Source: Chiloscyllium plagiosum
Lineage: Eukaryota
Assembly (NCBI RefSeq): GCF_004010195.1
Contig: NC_057749.1
Location: 15,140,998-15,193,253, forward strand
Reading direction: 5' to 3'
DNA: 52,256 nucleotides
Made by a program: the position numbers and the translations under genes. Each line of letters opens with the position of its first letter. Position 1 is the first letter of the stretch. This document shows positions 48,961 to 52,256 of the stretch, in pieces. The notes below the pieces were generated by a model. The model was not told where the DNA came from. It searched no databases and saw only the letters and a list, made by a program, of their open reading frames with translations.

Positions 48961-49963
48961 CGGAGGGATTCAGGCAAAGAGAGCAGCATATGGACACAGA
49001 GACAGACTGAAGGTAAGGGAATTCAAGTTTTCTAAATTCAGAATCCTTTTTGAAATTTCAACAGCTAACTGGGTGTGGGGGAAGAGGGTGGTATGTGGGT
49101 GCTGTGGGAGAAAAGGAAAGCAGCAGCAAGCTTTTGTACAAAACAGGACACAGTCACACTGACCATCTGCACCGGGGGTGGGTGCTCAGACTTGCCCGGC
49201 ACTGACTCAGAGTAACCACTGCTGCCCTCCCACACTCTCCCAGATTGAGAGAGCTCTCCCCAGCAAAGCTGTGTCAGCCGTTTCCTCTACCTCTTCTCCC
49301 GTTGGCTATTTCATCTCAGTGGGGGTCTCTGTTAGAAGCTGTAGCTTCGAGACTTCTCCTGCAGAAACTGAGCCCTCAATCTCAGCACCCTTCAGCTCCA
49401 GGACTGAACAATAATGGGCTCCAGACTAACAATTAAAACACGGCTGCAGGTGAATGTTGGAAATTGCCAGGACATGGGAGAACATGAGTTTGTGAGTACC
49501 CAGGAAGGGGTGGGTGGACGGAGACAGGAAGAAATGGAGGATCTATTTCAGTGCAGCTCCCTCACCAGCCCCTTCTAAACAACGGAGCAGTGAGGTTAGG
49601 GTCCTGCAGATCCCCTTCCTCAGGTGCACTGGTAGAAATGTTAAGAGGAGGTCAGGGCAGGTCTGAAAGGAAATGATGACCACGGTCCCCAGAAACTGTC
49701 CCAAGACCTCAACCCACCCAAAGAGAGGCAGAGTCAGGCCACCAAGCACATCTCTGCAAAGAAACAAAGCTCACTTGCAAACCTAGTCAAACGGACGGGT
49801 TGGACCAAGGGATCTGTTTCCATGCTGTACATCTCTATGATACCGTGGTTATAGGAACATAGAACAAAGGAGCAGGAGGCATTCAAGAGTGCAGCATAGT
49901 GGCTCAGTGGTCTTTATATCTCTGCACACTATTTCCAACCAACTATCCACCCAATGCCCCTCA

Positions 49964-50324
49964 TCATAGAGTCCCCTACAGTTTGGAAGCAGGTCATTCA
50001 GCCCATTGACTCCACACCGACCCTCTGAAGAACATCCCCCCCCCTCCCACCAACCCCACCCTATTCCTGTAACCCTGCATTTCCCATGGCTAATGCACAA
50101 AGCTTGCATATCCTCGGACAGTATGGGTAATTTAACACAGCCAATCCACCCTGACCTGCACATCTTTGGATTGTGGGGGGAAACCAGAGCACCCTGAGGA
50201 AACCCACGTAGACACGGGGAGAATGTGCAAATTCCACACAGACCGTCACCCGAGGCTGGAATCGAACCTGGGTCCCTGGCGCTGTGAGGCAGCAGTGCTA
50301 ACCACTGAACCACCGTGCCGTCCC
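49964..50324 (-). mobile_element. HE1-type V-SINE, full length
   Basis: Head, V-domain and tail. Confidence 0.92.
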
Positions 50325-50939
50325 ACAGTTGTTTTTGACTGGCACAGACTTGATGAGCTGAAGAGCGATTTCTTCTGTGACGATCTCTAACAAACATTCG
50401 CAGAATTCAACCGGGGCATTCCATGAGTGAATGCCACCACAGTCTTTCAAGATAGATGATCTAAGATGAGCTGAATGGCCACCTTTATCCTATCTGAAAT
50501 ACTTCAACAATGTCAGAATATGTTGAAGAACTGTGAAAAAGCAAGGATGAATGATCTACTTCTGCTTCACTTGCAGCTCAGGGGCTGGCGTGACTTACTG
50601 AGTCATCAGAAAGACAGCACCTCCAACAATGTCGCACCCCTTTGGTACTGCACTGGGAGGATCCTGGAGTGGGACCCGAATCCACAATCTTCTGAGTCAC
50701 AGTCAAAGTTCGATCCAATGATTAACGTGAATCACTGATGGGCAAACTCTCCCTGAGAGTGCAAGCAATGGGGTGAAATGATTCTCAAAGCACAGCACAC
50801 AGCTACACCAACTGAAGTGCACTATTTCTCAATCGTGACTGAGCACAGATCCACAAAAGAATCCTGGATGAATCGTATGCCCACCTTTCCAAAGAAGCAA
50901 AGCACAAATCTAATACTTTTACTCTGTTTCCTAAAGCAA

Positions 50940-51770
50940 TGAAGGCTGACAGTGAAGGAGGAGGTCTGAGGTTACAGGAGGATATGAATGGACTGATCAG
51001 ATAGGCAGATCCTTGGCAGACGGAGATTGACCTGACTAAGTGTAAGGTGATGCACCTTGGAAGAAGGAACAAAGGAATACTCAATGACTGACAGGACACT
51101 CGGAAACTCGGAGGAACAAAGGGGTGCTTTTTCACAGATCCCTGAAGGCGGCAGGTCTGGTTAAAAGGGTTAATGGAGGAATTTATTAGTCAAGGCAAAG
51201 ATTATGAGGGAAGGGATTAAGTTGGAGCTGTACAGAACGTGGGTTAGGCCACAGGTGGGAGTACTGTCTATAGTTGCGGTCTCTGCACAGTCAAAAGGAT
51301 GTGATTGTACTGGAGGGGGTGCAGACGAGATTCCCCAGGATGTTGCCTTGGGATGGTGCATTTCGGGGATGAAGACAGGGTGGATACGTTTGGGTTGTTT
51401 CCTTCAGGGTACAGAAGAGGGGTGGGGGCGACCTGCTAGAGGTGTATAAGGTGATATGGGGCATGGACAGGATAGATAGAAAGCAGCTGTTCCCCTTAGA
51501 CAAAGGGTCAATAACAACATAGCATGCTTTTAAAGCAAAAGATTTAGAAGGGAGTTGTAGAAAATCTTTTTAACCTGGAGGGTGTTGGGGTCTGGAATGT
51601 ACTCCCTGGGAGGGTAATGAGGCAGGAAACCTTCTACCTTTAAACTTTATGAAGCTGAGCACTTAAACTATGGGCCAAGTGTTGGAAAGTGGGACGAGTG
51701 TAGATTTGGAGTAGTTTTTTGGCAATATAGATTCAATGGGCCAAAGGGTCTCTTCTGTACTGTGTGATTT
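50940..51770 (+). mobile_element. Old CR1 LINE 3' fragment
   Basis: KCKVMHLGRRN-like and LELYRTWVRPQ motifs, many frameshifts; tail gggccaaagggtctcttctgtactgtg. Confidence 0.8.
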
Positions 51771-51929
51771 TAAAGCCTGCCGCAAATTACAGTCCTGCAG
51801 TGAACAACAGAACCTCACTGCAGCATGACTGCTCAAGACAGCAAATGCCAAGAGGATATTCAACCTCAAGGGCAGTCTAGTGCAGCCCAAAGGCAATCAG
51901 TGCATATAACGTGGGGAGGGAGGGGGTGG

Positions 51930-52256
51930 TATATGCATGTATGTGTGTCTGCCTGCCTATGACAGTGTGAGCAAGAGCAAGCGTGCATGTTGGAGAGTGT
52001 GTGAGTGGAGTGTGAGTTGAGTGTGAGAGAGCATATGTGAGTATGTTGTCCACACAGGTGTGTGTGTATGGGCAACAGAAACTGTGTGAGAGACAATGTG
52101 TATGTGTGTGAGAGTGAGAGTATATATGTGCATGAGAGACAGACAGACAGACATAGAGAGACAGAGAGAGAGAGGGACAGACAGACAGAGATAGGGTGAG
52201 GGAGAGACAGAGGGAGAGAGAGAGACAGAGACAGACGGACAGAGAGAGACAGAGAC
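51930..52256. repeat. GT/GA compound microsatellite running to window end
   Basis: Low-complexity dinucleotide repeats. Confidence 0.9.

Noticed and set aside
48326..49162. Overlapping 100-220 aa Cys/Val- or His/Thr-rich ORFs
   Set aside because: Dinucleotide-repeat artefacts
49280..49410. Minus-strand frame VLELKGAEIEGSVSAGEVSKLQLLTETPTEMK* as a terminal coding exon
   Set aside because: Weak acceptor, short, no recognisable homology
9680..50324. 8 of 10 HE1 copies on the minus strand
   Set aside because: Too few copies to infer orientation bias or host-gene strand
2099..50699. At least 13 AP-1 heptamers (TGAGTCA/TGACTCA)
   Set aside because: Only about twice the naive expectation; TG/CA dinucleotide excess and repeat-borne copies can explain it

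Overview
Non-coding, repeat-rich vertebrate DNA, almost certainly from a shark. The evidence is ~10 HE1-type V-SINEs and their HER1/CR1-type LINE partners; the tail sequences suggest a carpet shark, which is inference. I cannot recognise any host protein-coding exon, tRNA/rRNA gene or known miRNA. Nearly all listed ORFs are repeat-derived or microsatellite artefacts. The only clearly protein-like segments are retroelement relics: CR1 reverse transcriptase, an RTE-type C-terminus and a Penelope GIY-YIG endonuclease domain. The most notable structure is a set of short Penelope-terminus-derived insertions from at least 3-4 families. They are often fold-back palindromes bounded by 8-15 bp target-site duplications and carry minimal hammerhead-ribozyme cores (CTGANGA-stem-GAAA-palindromic helix III). 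Also present are nested insertions, a tail-to-tail SINE pair, a probable solo LTR, an 18-bp minisatellite next to a 219-N gap, and several unique stretches with minus-strand splice signals. The last may mark non-coding or alternative first exons of an unidentified gene. Repeat boundaries were set by eye and are approximate unless a TSD is given.
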